64,000 nt of DNA, taken from NCBI GenBank assembly GCA_964016885.1, contig OZ024741.1:26660001-26724000 (forward strand), read 5' to 3'. Below, piece by piece: positions 42,483 to 55,257 of this stretch. The stretch comes from Eledone cirrhosa. Its lineage: Eukaryota. The notes under the pieces were generated by a model. It did no database searches. It was not told the DNA's origin and saw only the letters and a program-made list of their open reading frames with translations. Position 1 is the first letter of the stretch. Each line of letters begins with the position of its first letter. The translations under genes and the position numbers were made by a program.

Positions 42483-45400
42483 CTTTATTATTTGGACCAA
42501 TCACAAGTCAACGCCCTATGCTATCACTTCTGGCTGCTTTTCGATATGATGGATGGACTAAGGAATTTCTGGAGAGTCTGAAGAATCTGGACACTCGATG
42601 ACAATGCCAAAGATAACGACAAATTCACCTCATGCTGCCGGACGAAAGGGCAAGGCCCCCTCACCCCTCCCTACGCCCCATCCTCCAAACACAATCCAAA
42701 ACTTCAGAGTTGGTACCATGAATGTAGGCACCTTAAAAGGCCGCTCTAACGAGGTTGTAAAAATGCTTGAACGTAAGGAGGTTGATGTTTGCTGTATCCA
42801 AGAGACCAGGTGGAGGGGCGGGTCTGCTAGATTCATTGTGGGTAAAAAACGTTGCTATAAGCTTTTCTGGGTGGGAAATGACAATGTGATAGGTGGGGTA
42901 GGAATCATGTTAGCAGAAAAATGGGTGGATAAGATAATAGATGTAAATAGAGTGAATGACAGAATAATTAAAATAAGACTTGTTCTAAATAGAACTACTG
43001 TGACAGTAATATCTGCATACGCGCCCCAATCCAGACTGCCTGGCGCTATAAAAGACAGATTCTATGAGACACTGATGCTCACTACCTCCCAAATAACCGA
43101 CAGTGACTATATAATTATTGCTGGCGACCTAAATGGCCACGTTGGACAACATTGTGACGGCTATGATGGAATCCACGGAGGCTATGGGTTTGGTACTAGA
43201 AACGAGGAAGGCTCCAGAATCCTGGAATTCTGTGATGCAAATAACCTAACTATCTGTAACACTAACTTCAAAAAACGAGACAATCACTTGATCACCTACA
43301 GATCAGGGGAACATACCAGCCAGGTAGATTATATCCTTACCAGAAGACGTGACAGAGTGTCTGTTGTAAACACTAAATCCCTCCCCCATGAAGAATGCAC
43401 CTCCCAACATAGACTGATAATTAGCGACCTCATAGTCAGGACGAGACGTACTAGACAGCAGAAGAGGACTATCCTCAGGAGAAAAATATGGAAGCTAAAG
43501 GACCCCACAGCCAGAAATAAATTTAAAAGCATATTAGTTGATGCAATTAGAGTCGTACAATATAGAGGAACAGTGGGAATTCCTGAAAGCAAACCCGCTG
43601 ATGCCGGCGGACGAAGTCTGTGGCTGGAGCAAGCCTGTAGGCAGGAGGAGAGTAACATAGTGGTGGAACAGTAAGGTGGAGGAGTCAATTAAGGCCAAAA
43701 AGCAGGCTTGGAAAGTATGGCGGGATGGGGGAAGTAGAGAAGACTATCAAGTGGCCAGGAGGGAAGCTAGGAGACAAGTGTACTTTGCAAGAAGGGAAGC
43801 AGAGGAAAGAAAGTTCAAGCATGTTCTACAACGCGAGGACCAAAAACGTGAGGTGTTCAGGAATGCTAGGCAATGTGTCAAGGAAAACCGTGATATTGTC
43901 AGGGAGAAGTGTGTACTTAATGATGATGGTGTACTTGCCATCACTGACGCTGATAAGAAGGTAGCTTGGAAGTGTCACTACGAAAGGCTACTAAATGAGG
44001 AGAATAAATGGGAGAAAGACAGTCTCCCCCACATCGACCCAGTAGAGGGACCAGCAGTGTTAGTCGAAGGTATAATAAGTAAGGCAATCAAAGATATGAA
44101 GACGGGTAAGGCGGCTGGGCCTTCGGAAATAGTTGCTGAGATGCTGAAAGCCTCTGGAACGGTGGGACACACTATGGTCACCCGGATAGTAAACCAAGTC
44201 ATACAGAATGGGGTTGTTCCGAAGGACTGGCGTAGCAGCATCATCATTAACTGCTACAAGGGTAAAGGAGACGCCCTAGATAGGAGTAACTATAGAGGCA
44301 TTAAATTAATCGACCAGGTCATGAAGGTCACGGAAAAAGTAATAGCGCAACTAATCAGAGACAGAATTGATCTAGATGAAATGCAGTTCGGGTTTGTGTC
44401 AGGCAAAAGCACCACAGACGCTCTTTTCATTGTACGACAACTACAGGAGAAGTACCTAGCTAAAAGTAAACCCCTATACTTAGCTTTTGTCGACTTGGAG
44501 AAAGCCTTCGATAGAGTCCCCCGTTCCATTATCTGGTGGCTCTTAGAAAACAAGGTGTTGATGAATGGCTTGTGAGGGCTATACAAGCCATGTATAAAGA
44601 AACAGTTAGCAAGGTTAGAATTAACAACGAATATAGTGAAGAGTTTAGCGTAAAAGTTGTTGTTCATCAGGGCCCTGTTCTTAGCCCCCTACTATTTATT
44701 ATTGCCCTTCAGGCTATAACAGTGGAGTTCAAGACTGGCTGCCAATGGGAACTCATATACGCAGATGATCTAACGCTCATAGCTGAATCAATGGCTGAAC
44801 TAGAGAAGAAATTCCAAACATGGAAGCACGGCCTAGAATCAAAAGGCCTTAAAATTAACCTGTCTAAGACTAAAGTTCTAGTTTGTAGGAAAGAAAATAA
44901 GGCACCGGTCCCTTCCGGGAAATGGTCATGCTCAGTGTGTAGGAAAGGCGTAGGTAGAAACTCCATTTTATGTCCCAAATGCAAAGTATGGGTGCATAAA
45001 AGATGTAGTGGGATCACAGGTAAGCTAACTAAGAACATAGATTTTACATGTGGCCGGTGCTCTTGTGCAATAAGTAGCAGCAAGTGCCCACAAAATACTA
45101 GCTCTTTCAATTGCGCAGAGGGTTCTATAGAAATAGTGGACAGCTTCCGTTACCTGGGTGACAAAATCAGCAGTGGGGGAGGGTGCTCTGAAAGTACAGT
45201 AGCTAGAGTCAGAACTGGATGGAAAAAGTTCAGCGAGCTTATACCACTATTAGCCGCTAAAGGGTTCTCCCTAAAAATGAAAGGCAGGCTGTATGATGCC
45301 TGCATATAAACAGCAATGTTGCATGGCAGTGAGACCTGGGCATTGTGTGCAGAGGATATACGCAGACTAGAGAGGAACGAAGCTTGCATGCTCCGCTGGA

Positions 45401-46101
45401 TATGTAATAGTAATATACGTGAACGGTAAAGCATAAACGACATAAGGGAAAAATTAGAAATAAGAGGGATCAGATGTTGTTTACTCGAGAGAAGGCTACG
45501 TTGGTATGGTCACGTGATGCGCATGAAAGACAGCTGTATAAAAAAGTGCAGGGCAATAAAGATAGACGGTAGCCACGGAGTAGGCAGACCCAGAAAAACC
45601 TGGGATGACCTGATAAATTCCGACCTCACACACTTACACCTCTCCAAGACAATGTCACTGGACCGAGATCTTTGGCGGTACTCAGTAATAGAGAAGACCC
45701 GCCTTACCTAAATACAAAGTAAAACCTACTACAGTCAGTGGCATCTCTAACAAAATACACCCCCGTCCCACCACCCCCACCCCATCCACACCGCCCCTTT
45801 CAATGTAAAGTTATGTTGGTGCCACAACATCCAGGCCGAAACAAATGAGATCGTGTAGGTGTCAGGACAAAAAAAACACACAGTCCACGCTGTAATGTGG
45901 CCGTGTAGGCAACACGGTAAAAACTCCCAGTCCCACACTGTAAATGTGGTTGGTGTTAGGAAGGGCAGCCAGCTGTAGAAAACCCGCCAGACAGTCCTAT
46001 GCGAGCAAGACAACCACTCTTGCCTCAAGTGGGAAAACTCCCGTCCAAACCCATGCAAGCGTGGAACATGGACGTTAAACGATGATGATGATGATGATGA
46101 T
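42483..46101 (+). mobile_element. RTE LINE family A, near full-length, disrupted by frameshifts and stops
   Basis: ORFs 42598-43674 (APE: TMNV, IQET, YAPQ, GDLN, VDY, SQH), 43676-44575, 44536-45309 and 45514-45711 are colinear pieces of one ORF; (GAT)n tail. Confidence 0.95.
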
Positions 46102-46104
46102 ATG

Positions 46105-46177
<73 letters not shown>

Positions 46178-46319
46178 GTACATATATATGTATATATATG
46201 TATATATATATGTATATATATATATATGTATGTATATATATATGTATATATATATGTATATATATATATATGTATATATATATGTATATATATATATATG
46301 TATATGTATATGTATATAC

Positions 46320-47190
46320 GATATTAACAAATGGAAACTATATTTATAAAACCATATTTATTTCATTATACATATATAAAGGACACCAAGTTAAATTATG
46401 GTGTGCTTTCATCAGATAAAATATAATATAGATCAGTTTTATAAATAAATATTGACATACCCTTAAAGAATGCAACCATTACTGTTGGAAGCTCCCAGAT
46501 AGTGGAGTTATAACTTTAATTATATTATTAGGTAAGTTAGTATTGGATATTTTTAAATAAGCCGGTGGGTTACGGAGACAGAGAAAGAGAGAGAAAGAGC
46601 AGAACAACAGAGAGAAAAAGATAGAGAGAGAGGAGACAGAGAAAGGAGAGAGAACGAAAAACTCTAAGTCATATCTTGTTGAGTTATCTTAACATTTGAG
46701 ATGAAATGAATAAATAAAATTAGAAATGTTAATAATCATGAATGGAATACATATATAATATGAGAAATTTAACCATTGTTTAAATATGATTAGATGTTTA
46801 GTTAATCAGTTAAATATTGAGATCAATACATTAAAAATTGGGATCTATATATTAAGAAATCTATATATTATTAAGACTATATTGTTAAAGATCTATATAT
46901 TATATAACATATACACATGCAAAAATACATACATATAAATATATATATACACGTATAAAAATATATATACATATCTAACTACGTATATAATATATACATA
47001 CAAAATATAAAGGATTCTTTAATTTAAGATATAGGAGTCTTATAAAATCAGAGAAAGTTATTTCAATGTAATTGAATAATATAGTTTCCATTTGTTAATA
47101 TCATATTTTTACTCCAAATATTTGTTGAGCGCTTTATATCAGTTATAAAAATACTTGCTTGTTGTATCCCAACAATTTAAATAGAACTTT
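46320..47190 (-). mobile_element. Probable PLE 3'/pLTR remnant (third family) with a degenerate hammerhead
   Basis: Inverted repeat at 46320-46343 and about 47079-47102; minus 46359-46423 has tattttat-CTGATGA-stem II-TATA-tatgta-TA-atgaaata. Confidence 0.5.
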
Positions 47191-47239
47191 TACATATATA
47201 TGTATATATATATGTATATATATATATATGTATATGTAT

Positions 47240-47628
47240 ATTCTCTGCCCCAAATGCAAACAATGGGTACACAAGAGATGTAGCGGGATCTCAGGAAGCT
47301 TAATTAAGAATGTAGGATTCACATGCAGCAGCTGTGCTGAGATAGCAAACAGCCACAGGAAACAAGTACCACCAATCTCTGGGAGGGCATCCAGCTGTAG
47401 AAAACCCGCCAGACAGTCCACGCTGTAATGTGGCCGTGTAGGCAACACGGTAAAAACCTCCCAGCCCCACACTGTAAATGTGGTTGGTGTTAGGAAGGGC
47501 ATCCAGCTGTAGAAAACCCGCCAGACAGTCCTATGCGAGCAAAACAATCACTCTTGCCTCAAGTGGGAAAACCCCCGTCCAAACCCATGCAAGCGTGGAA
47601 CACGGACGTTAAACGTTGATGATGATGA
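47240..47628 (+). mobile_element. Chimeric RTE fragment (family B coding piece plus family A 3' UTR)
   Basis: 47240-47388 matches about 49473-49625; the remainder matches the family A tail. Confidence 0.85.
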
Positions 47629-47967
47629 TATGTATATATATATGTATATATGTATATATATATATAATGAAAAATTGAACGGGAACAAAACAGAGAGGCA
47701 GTACAACAAATGTTTATTAATTTCACGCTCTTGAGAGTGGGGTGGTGGTGGGGAACGACGTTTCAGGCATAAGCCCTTCTTCAGGTGAAAAGTCTGTGGG
47801 TAGAGAGTTCAAAGGGTGTGTAGGGGAGTGGTGGAGAGACATATAGCAAAAAGGGGGTGTATATATATATGTATATCATCATTTCATCATCATCATCATT
47901 TCATTTTACGTCCGCTTTTCCCTGCTTGCAAGGGTATATATATATATATATATGTATATGTATATAT

Positions 47968-50537
47968 AGATCTGGAAGCTGAAAGTCCCCTCAACCAGTA
48001 ACAGATTTAAAGATATTTTACTCAACGCCTACGACAGTAAAGAAGAACAGATAGAGACATTTAACGTAGAAGAGAACTGGGAGTTCCTAAAAAATAACTT
48101 ACTAGAGGCGACGGATGAGGTTTGTGGCTGGAGTAAGACCTCAAGCAGGAGGAGAGTGACTTGGTGGTGGAACAATAAGGTAGATGAAGCAGTCAAGGCC
48201 AAGAGACAGGCATGGAAAGAATGGAAGAACGGGGGGAGCAGGGTACATTACATAGAGACCAAGAGGGAAGCTAGGCGACAAGTATACTTAGCTAGGAGGG
48301 AAGCAGAGGATAGAAAATTCAAGCATGTTTTACAACGTGAGGACCAGAAACAGGAGGTATTCAAGATTGCGAGGCAGTGTGTCAGAGATAGTTGTGATGT
48401 CATTGGAGAGAAGTGTATCCGGAATGATAAAGGTGAGCTTGCCCTCACAAGTGCTGAGAAGAAAGATGCATGGAAGAGTCATTATGATAGATTACTAAAT
48501 GAGGAGAATGCATGGGAAGAAGAGACCCTACCCCACGTAGACCCTATAGAGGGACCAGCAGTACAAGTCAGCGGCAGCGTAGTAAGTAAGGCAATCAGAG
48601 ATATGAAGATAGGGAAGGCAACCGGTCCATCGGGTATAGCTGCCGAGATGCTGAAGGCATCTGGGTCTGTAGGTCACACTATAACCACACGTATCGTTAA
48701 CCAGGTAATACTAGAGGGGGCCATACCAAAAGATTGGTGCAGTAGCATCATTGTCAACTGCTACAAAGGTAAAGGCGATGCACTAGATAGAGGAAACTAT
48801 AGAGGTATAAAGTTGATGGACCAGGTCATGAAAGTAACAGAAAGAGTTATAGCACAGCTGATTAGGGACCGGGTGAATATAGACGAGATGCAATTTGGGT
48901 TTGTACCAGGGAAAGGCACCACTGATGCGCTCTTCCTTGTGAGGCAATTACAGGAAAAGTACCTAGCTAAAAGTAAGCCACTCTACTTGGCATTTGTCGA
49001 CCTTGAGAAAGCCTTTGACAGAGTTCCACGTGCAGTAATCTGGTGGGCTCTTAGAAAACTAGGAGTAGATGAATGGCTTGTGAAAGCGGTACAAGCCATG
49101 TATAGGGGAGCAGTCAGCAAAGTTAGGATTGGCAATGAGTATAGCGAGGAATTTAGCGTACAGGTTGGGGTCCACCAGGGCTCTGTTCTTAGCCCTCTCC
49201 TGTTCATCATAGTCCTGCAGGCAATAACGGAGGAGTTTAAGACCGGATGCCCATGGGAACTCCTGTATGCTGATGACCTCGCACTCATAGCTGAATCTAT
49301 GGTAGAACTAGAGAATAAATTCCAAACCTGGAAGCAGGGACTAGAGAGAAAGGGCCTCAAAGTCAACATGACAAAGACTAAGGTCCTTATAAGTAGACGA
49401 GAAAACAGAACCCAGATCCCCTCAGGGAAATGGCCTTGCTCAGTATGTAGGAAAGGTGTAGGTAGGAACTCCATTCTTTGCCCCAAATGCAAACAATGGG
49501 TACACAAGAGATGTAGCGGGATCTCAGGAAGCTTAATTAAGAATGTAGGATTCACATGCAGCAGCTGTGCTGAAACAGCAAGCAAACAGCCACAGGAAAC
49601 AAGTACCACCAATCTCTGGGAGGGCCCTGTAGAAACAGTAGACAGCTTCTGCTACCTAGGTGACCGAATTAGCAACGGAGGTGGGTGCTCAGAAAGTACA
49701 ATAACTAGGGTAAGAACGGGATGGAAGAAGTTTAGGGAACTACTACCACTGCTAGCTGCAAAAGGCTTCTCCCTCAGAATGAAAGGCAGACTGTATGATG
49801 CGTGTATCCGAACAGCGATGTTGCATGGTAGTGAGACCTGGGCGCTGAAGGTGGAAGACTTACGTAGATTAGAGAGAAACGAAGCCTGCATGCTCCGATG
49901 GATGTGTAACAGTAATATACGTGAACGACAAAGCATAAAGGAATTGAGAGAGAGACTGAGCATAAGAGGAATCAAATGCTGCGTGCAGGAGAGGCGGTTA
50001 CGCTGGTATGGACATGTGATGCGTATGAAGGATGACAGCTGCATAAAAAGGTGCAGAGCACTAGAAGTTGATGGAAACCGCGGAGTGGGGAGACCCAAGA
50101 TGACTTGGGATGAGGTGATAAAAGCCGACCTTACCCAACTACACCTCTCAAAGTCAATGACACACGACCGTGACTTCTGGCGTCACGCAGTAATACAGGG
50201 TACCCGACCTCCCATGGGTACATGCTGAAGCATATAAACAATATGCCCCCCCCCACCACCACCGCAAGGTGGTCGTGGAGGTGCCACGGCAAAAAAGCAC
50301 CCAGCCCACACTGTAAAGTGGACGTGTAGGCGCCACGAAAAAGCACCCAGCACTCACTGTAAATGAGGTTGGTGTTAGGAAGGGCATCCAGCTGTAGAAA
50401 TCAAGCCAGATCAGTTCCTGTATGAGCAAGGCATGGTCAGCCGACCAGACACTGCCCACAACAGGACAACCCGTCTAACCCATGCTAGCGTGGAAGAACG
50501 GACGTAAAACGGTGATGATGATGATGATGATGATGAT
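47968..50537 (+). mobile_element. RTE LINE family B, 5'-truncated
   Basis: Intact ORF, about 300-nt 3' UTR, (GAT)n tail, TA flanks. Confidence 0.95.
47970..50228 (+). CDS. RTE ORF (RT plus PHD-type finger), 5'-partial
   Basis: Frame open from IWKLK; includes the 690-aa ORF with all RT motifs (YADD) and C4HC3. Confidence 0.9.
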   Translation: MWKLKVPSTSNRFKDILLNAYDSKEEQIETFNVEENWEFLKNNLLEATDEVCGWSKTSSRRRVTWWWNNKVDEAVKAKRQAWKEWKNGGSRVHYIETKREARRQVYLARREAEDRKFKHVLQREDQKQEVFKIARQCVRDSCDVIGEKCIRNDKGELALTSAEKKDAWKSHYDRLLNEENAWEEETLPHVDPIEGPAVQVSGSVVSKAIRDMKIGKATGPSGIAAEMLKASGSVGHTITTRIVNQVILEGAIPKDWCSSIIVNCYKGKGDALDRGNYRGIKLMDQVMKVTERVIAQLIRDRVNIDEMQFGFVPGKGTTDALFLVRQLQEKYLAKSKPLYLAFVDLEKAFDRVPRAVIWWALRKLGVDEWLVKAVQAMYRGAVSKVRIGNEYSEEFSVQVGVHQGSVLSPLLFIIVLQAITEEFKTGCPWELLYADDLALIAESMVELENKFQTWKQGLERKGLKVNMTKTKVLISRRENRTQIPSGKWPCSVCRKGVGRNSILCPKCKQWVHKRCSGISGSLIKNVGFTCSSCAETASKQPQETSTTNLWEGPVETVDSFCYLGDRISNGGGCSESTITRVRTGWKKFRELLPLLAAKGFSLRMKGRLYDACIRTAMLHGSETWALKVEDLRRLERNEACMLRWMCNSNIRERQSIKELRERLSIRGIKCCVQERRLRWYGHVMRMKDDSCIKRCRALEVDGNRGVGRPKMTWDEVIKADLTQLHLSKSMTHDRDFWRHAVIQGTRPPMGTC

Positions 50538-50556
50538 ATGTATATATATATATGTA

Positions 50557-52213
50557 CAGTGCCCCGCAAAAGTTTACAACACATTAGGAAAAATGTGGTT
50601 TTAGGTATTTTTAATAAAGTTTGGGTAATGAAAATTTAACTACTGATAGAACATATGAGGCATTTAATGATACAATCATATTTTTTTTAAAATAACAAGG
50701 AAATAACAAGGAAATAACTCATGAAGAAAAATCAATATTTTTATAACGCAAAAGTTTACAACACATTCTATATTTATCGCTTTTTTTTCAAGAAAATTCT
50801 TAAAATTTCAGACTTAAAATTCAGTAGAATGTTGTAGATTATGTTTAAGGTAACTTCCAAGGACTATTAAAAACATTACGTCATTATTTGCCTGACAACC
50901 ATCCTGTAAAAATTGACAACCGTCCTGTAAACATTGACAACCGTCCTGTAAACATTGACAACCGTCCTGTAAACATTGACAATATGGGGAAAAATAAACT
51001 GATTGATCAAGACCTCCGTAAACGCATTGAAGACCTTCATACAAATGGTGTTGGTTATAGAAAGATATCTTGTCAGTTAAATGTGCCATTGAGTTCAGTA
51101 GGTACTATAATTCATCACTGGAAATCTCATCATTCCATTTGTCCTCTAATTAGTTCTGGTCGTCCTAGAAAGATAACGGAATGTGCAGCTCGGTTATTGA
51201 TGAGAAAGGTTGGCAACGAATCCCGGTGTACTCTTAAAAATCTTCAGGATGACCTAGAAGGAAGTGGAGTAAAAGATACAATTAGTCGTTCACTTCGTCG
51301 ATATGATATCTTCTTGAGGTCTCCAAGGAAAACACCACCTCTTACGAGGAAACAAGTTGTTCGTTGATTAAACTTTGCAAATGAGCATCTCATCAAACCT
51401 GCGTCATTTTGGGAAGATGTACTTTGGTCGGACGAAACAAAAATTGAACTTTTTGGTCGAAATGCTGTGGCAAAAGTCTGGAGAAAGAAAGGTACTGAAT
51501 ATTCGCCGAAGAATACTATTCCAACTGTAAAATTTGGAGGTGGATCAATCATGGTCTTGGGTTGCTTTAGTGCCACAGGTGTAGGAAATATTGAAATAAT
51601 AGAAGGAAGATGGATGGCGCTTAATATAGAGGTATTTTGCAAAGGAATTTACATCAAAGTGCACATTCTCTCAGCTTAAAGCCAGGTTGGTTTTTTCAAC
51701 AAGATAATGATCCAGAGCATACTGCAAAGCTAACACAATCTTGGTTAAGTACGAATGGAATAAATGTTCTAAAATGGCCATGTCAGTGTCCAGATCTTAA
51801 CCCGATCGAAAATTTGTGGAGAGAACTGAAACTCAGAAATCAAAAAAGGTAACCCCAAAATATCCCTGAACTAAAGAAAATTTGTTGTGAAGAATAGAAA
51901 AATATTAGACAAGAAACATGCAAGAAGTTTGTAGGAGGCTACTCCAAATGCCCACAGGCTGTAATTAGCAACAAAGGTTACGCTACGAAATATTAAGAGA
52001 TGATTTAATAAATGTGTTGTAAACTTTTGCGTTATAAAAATATAGATTTTTCTTCATGAGTTATTTCCTTGTTATTTTTAAAAAAATATGATTGTATCAT
52101 TAAATGCCTCATTATATGTTCTATCAGTAGTTAAATTTTCATTACCCAAACTTTATTAAAAATAGCTAAAACCGCATTTTTCCTAGTGTGTTGTAAACTT
52201 TTGCGGGCCACTG
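50557..52213 (+). mobile_element. Full-length Tc1-family DNA transposon, IR/DR type
   Basis: TA|CAGTG...CACTG|TA; TIRs of about 205-210 bp (50557-50767, 52011-52213), each with two cgcaaaagtttacaacaca direct repeats. Confidence 0.96.
50984..51996 (+). pseudogene. Tc1 DD34E-type transposase, disrupted
   Basis: [49 protein letters not shown], ending ATKY*; internal stops and a frameshift. Confidence 0.93.
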
Positions 52214-52395
52214 TATATATATATGTATATATATATATGTATATATATATGTATATATATATGTATATATATATATGTATATATATATATGTATATATAT
52301 ATATGTATATATATATATGTATGTATATATATATGTATGTATATATATATATGTATATATATGTATATATATATATATATGTATATATATAGATG

Positions 52396-52727
52396 GAGGC
52401 ACATGGCTTAGTGGTTAGAGCATTGGCCTTGCAATCGAAAGGTTGTGAGTTCAATTCTCAGACCGGGTGATGTGTTGTTTCCTTGAGCAAGACACTTTAT
52501 TTCACATTACTCCAGTTTACTCAGCTGTAGAAATGAGATGATAGGGACTGGGGTCCTTATCATTCCACTGTAAAGTGGACGTGTAGGCGCCACGGAAAAA
52601 AAAAGCACCCAGCACTCACTGTAAATGAGGTTGGTGTTAGGAAGGGCATCCAGCTGTAGAAATCAAGCCAGAATCAGTTCCCATCCCACCCTTGCAAGCA
52701 GGGAAAAGCGGACGTAAAATGAAATGA
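52396..52727 (+). mobile_element. tRNA-derived SINE, family 1
   Basis: Same structure as 32519-32863. Confidence 0.9.
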
Positions 52728-52792
52728 TATACATATATATAACTTTACATTTGTAAATTAAGTTTTTATCAAGACAATGGTTGTTGAGAGGA

Positions 52793-54324
52793 CATTGTCT
52801 TGATAAAAACTTAATTTACAAATGTAAAGTTATAACTGACACCAATTCCTTCACCTATTTTGGCTCCACTTCCACCTCCTTTAAAGCTCGTCTTTATAAT
52901 CATCATTCGTCTTTTAAATATAAACTTAAAAGAACGGCTCTCTCAGAACTCATATGGTCCTTGAAAGACAAAAATATTAAATATAACATCTCTTGGAAGA
53001 AGGTTTCCTCTGCTTCTACATACTTGAACAGTTCTCTATCCAAGACTTGCAATCTCTGTCTGAATGAAAAATTTACCATTATATCTAATTTAGATTCTAT
53101 AATAAATAGACGCACTGACTTGTTTTCTATCTGCTTGCATAAATTCCACAGAACTTTCCATAAAGTATACAGCTAATATCCTAAACTTTATCAATTCAGA
53201 ATCCTTTTCTCAAAGGTACACATATATATATATATACTTCTTTAAAAATATACCCATCTTTCTACCTTATTTCAAAGTTATTTATCATATTCTATATCAT
53301 TCCTATTCATCACTTCTCTTTCTTCCTTTTCCTTTTCTTTTCTTTTGCTTTTTCTTTTAATTTCTAACCCCTAATCTGTACCTTTTCTCACTGTGCCTAA
53401 CATAGAATCAATTATTACACATACACTATATTCTTACTTTATATCACCTTGAAAAAAATCCTTCGTAAACATAAACATTTTTTTTTACGTTAGATTATTC
53501 ATCTTCTATTCATTATTTTTTTCTCACTTTCATCTAACTTATTCATGCTCATCTCACAATATATCCTTACTTACATTACTTCTGTGTTTTTTTTAATAAT
53601 ACATATCAACATTTTCTTTCCATCGCACATATTATTAAACCCTTAAAATTATTCTTAATACATATTAACATTTTCTTTCCATCGCACATATTATTAAACC
53701 CTTAAATATTATTCTTAATACATATTAACAATTTCTTTTCATCGCACATATTATTAAACCCTTCAATATACAAACCTTAACTTTACATTATTTTTCTCTT
53801 CGTTAATTTTCAAATTCTTTTAATTTATACATTATCTTCCAACGGTTTTTTAACCTCTCTATGTAAAACAATATATTTTTCTCAGTTATAAAAGCTATCT
53901 CTCTCTCTCTATCAGCCATCTCTCCTCCTATCTCATCCTTCCTCATTATACTCCTCCCCCTCCACTTTTTACTCTCATCTCCTCCTCTTTTTCATCTTTT
54001 CCAACCTCCCTCCCCTCAAAAAAATTTTTTTCCCCAATATCACGCATCAATCTAAAACTACTTTTCATATGTTGATTTAAAACTGCACTATCCACAAGTG
54101 TTTTTAACCTTCATATCATGTCCTCATATTTTATCTGATGAAAACACAAGTGTTATTGCTTGATGATATTTGTTTTTGAAATGCGCATAATAAAATACAT
54201 GGAACTCATTTAACCATCTTTTGATCTTATATATTATGTATACTCCAGTCCTACAAACTGTAGAGTGCTTCTTATCCGAGATCTGCATTGCTTTATTGTA
54301 CTACAATAAAACTCACCTCCTACA
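52793..54324 (+). mobile_element. PLE family 1, 5'-truncated copy (GIY-YIG domain, 3' UTR, pLTR with HHR at 54127-54197)
   Basis: Colinear with 30415-31945; ORF 52781-53176 encodes the endonuclease domain. Confidence 0.93.
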
Positions 54325-54433
54325 TATATATATATATATACACAAATATATATATATATATATATATATAAATATATATATATATCTACACAAATATATA
54401 TATATATATATATACGAATATATATATATATAT

Positions 54434-55157
54434 ACAAATATAAATTAGCGAGAATCGTATTTTGGCTTTGGAAATTAGCGAAAAACAACTTCCGAGATGT
54501 GTGGCAAACGCTCATTAATTCTGACGAACCAGAGCTACAACATACGTTAAAAGGCCAAACACACTGAGACGATGGTTAAACAATCATCCGCACAGCCATA
54601 GAAACAACCAAGTATTTCGGGTCAAACAAATAAAAAAATATGAATGAAAAATTTACCCGGACCCCTGGATGGTTGGTGAAAATCCAGCATTTGGGTTTCT
54701 GCGACTCCTAAATCAAGTACTGTCCGCTTAGACAAATAATGTTAGGCTTCTGGTAAGATGATTGAACAAGGAAGTCACTTTCTCAACAGGCTTTTAGTTC
54801 AAGTGCCAGGCCAAGAATTGACCGTTACCAATACCTACGTGGGGCTCGACAAAGGAGGCAACCCTTATTTTTGCCGGATGAATTCAGTATGTGTATATTA
54901 TTGCAAAATTGCAAAATATCACAAAATGAATTAAGTTCTCAACAGAATGGTTTTAAAGTTAACAAAAGCTATTCATCAGTCAATAGAATCAACTAAAAAA
55001 ATCAAGAAAATTAACTGGTCAATAGCTAGACTCTGGAGATTAATACAAATATAAATTAGCGAGAATCGTATTTCGGCTTTGGAAATTAGCGGAAAACAAC
55101 TTCCGAGATGTGTGGCAAGCGCTCAATAAATTCTAACGAACCAGAGCTACAACATAC

Positions 55158-55159
<2 letters not shown>
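54434..55159. repeat. Unclassified element with about 114-bp terminal direct repeats (period about 611 bp)
   Basis: acaaatataaattagcgagaatcgtat...gagctacaacatacgt at 54434-54547 and 55045-55159; TA flanks. Confidence 0.75.
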
Positions 55160-55245
<86 letters not shown>

Positions 55246-55257
55246 GTATATATATAT

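Noticed and set aside
54521-55040. Hammerhead formed by CTGACGA with a very long stem II (ccagag/ctctgg)
   Set aside because: No GAAA, stem III or stem I follows the closing strand.
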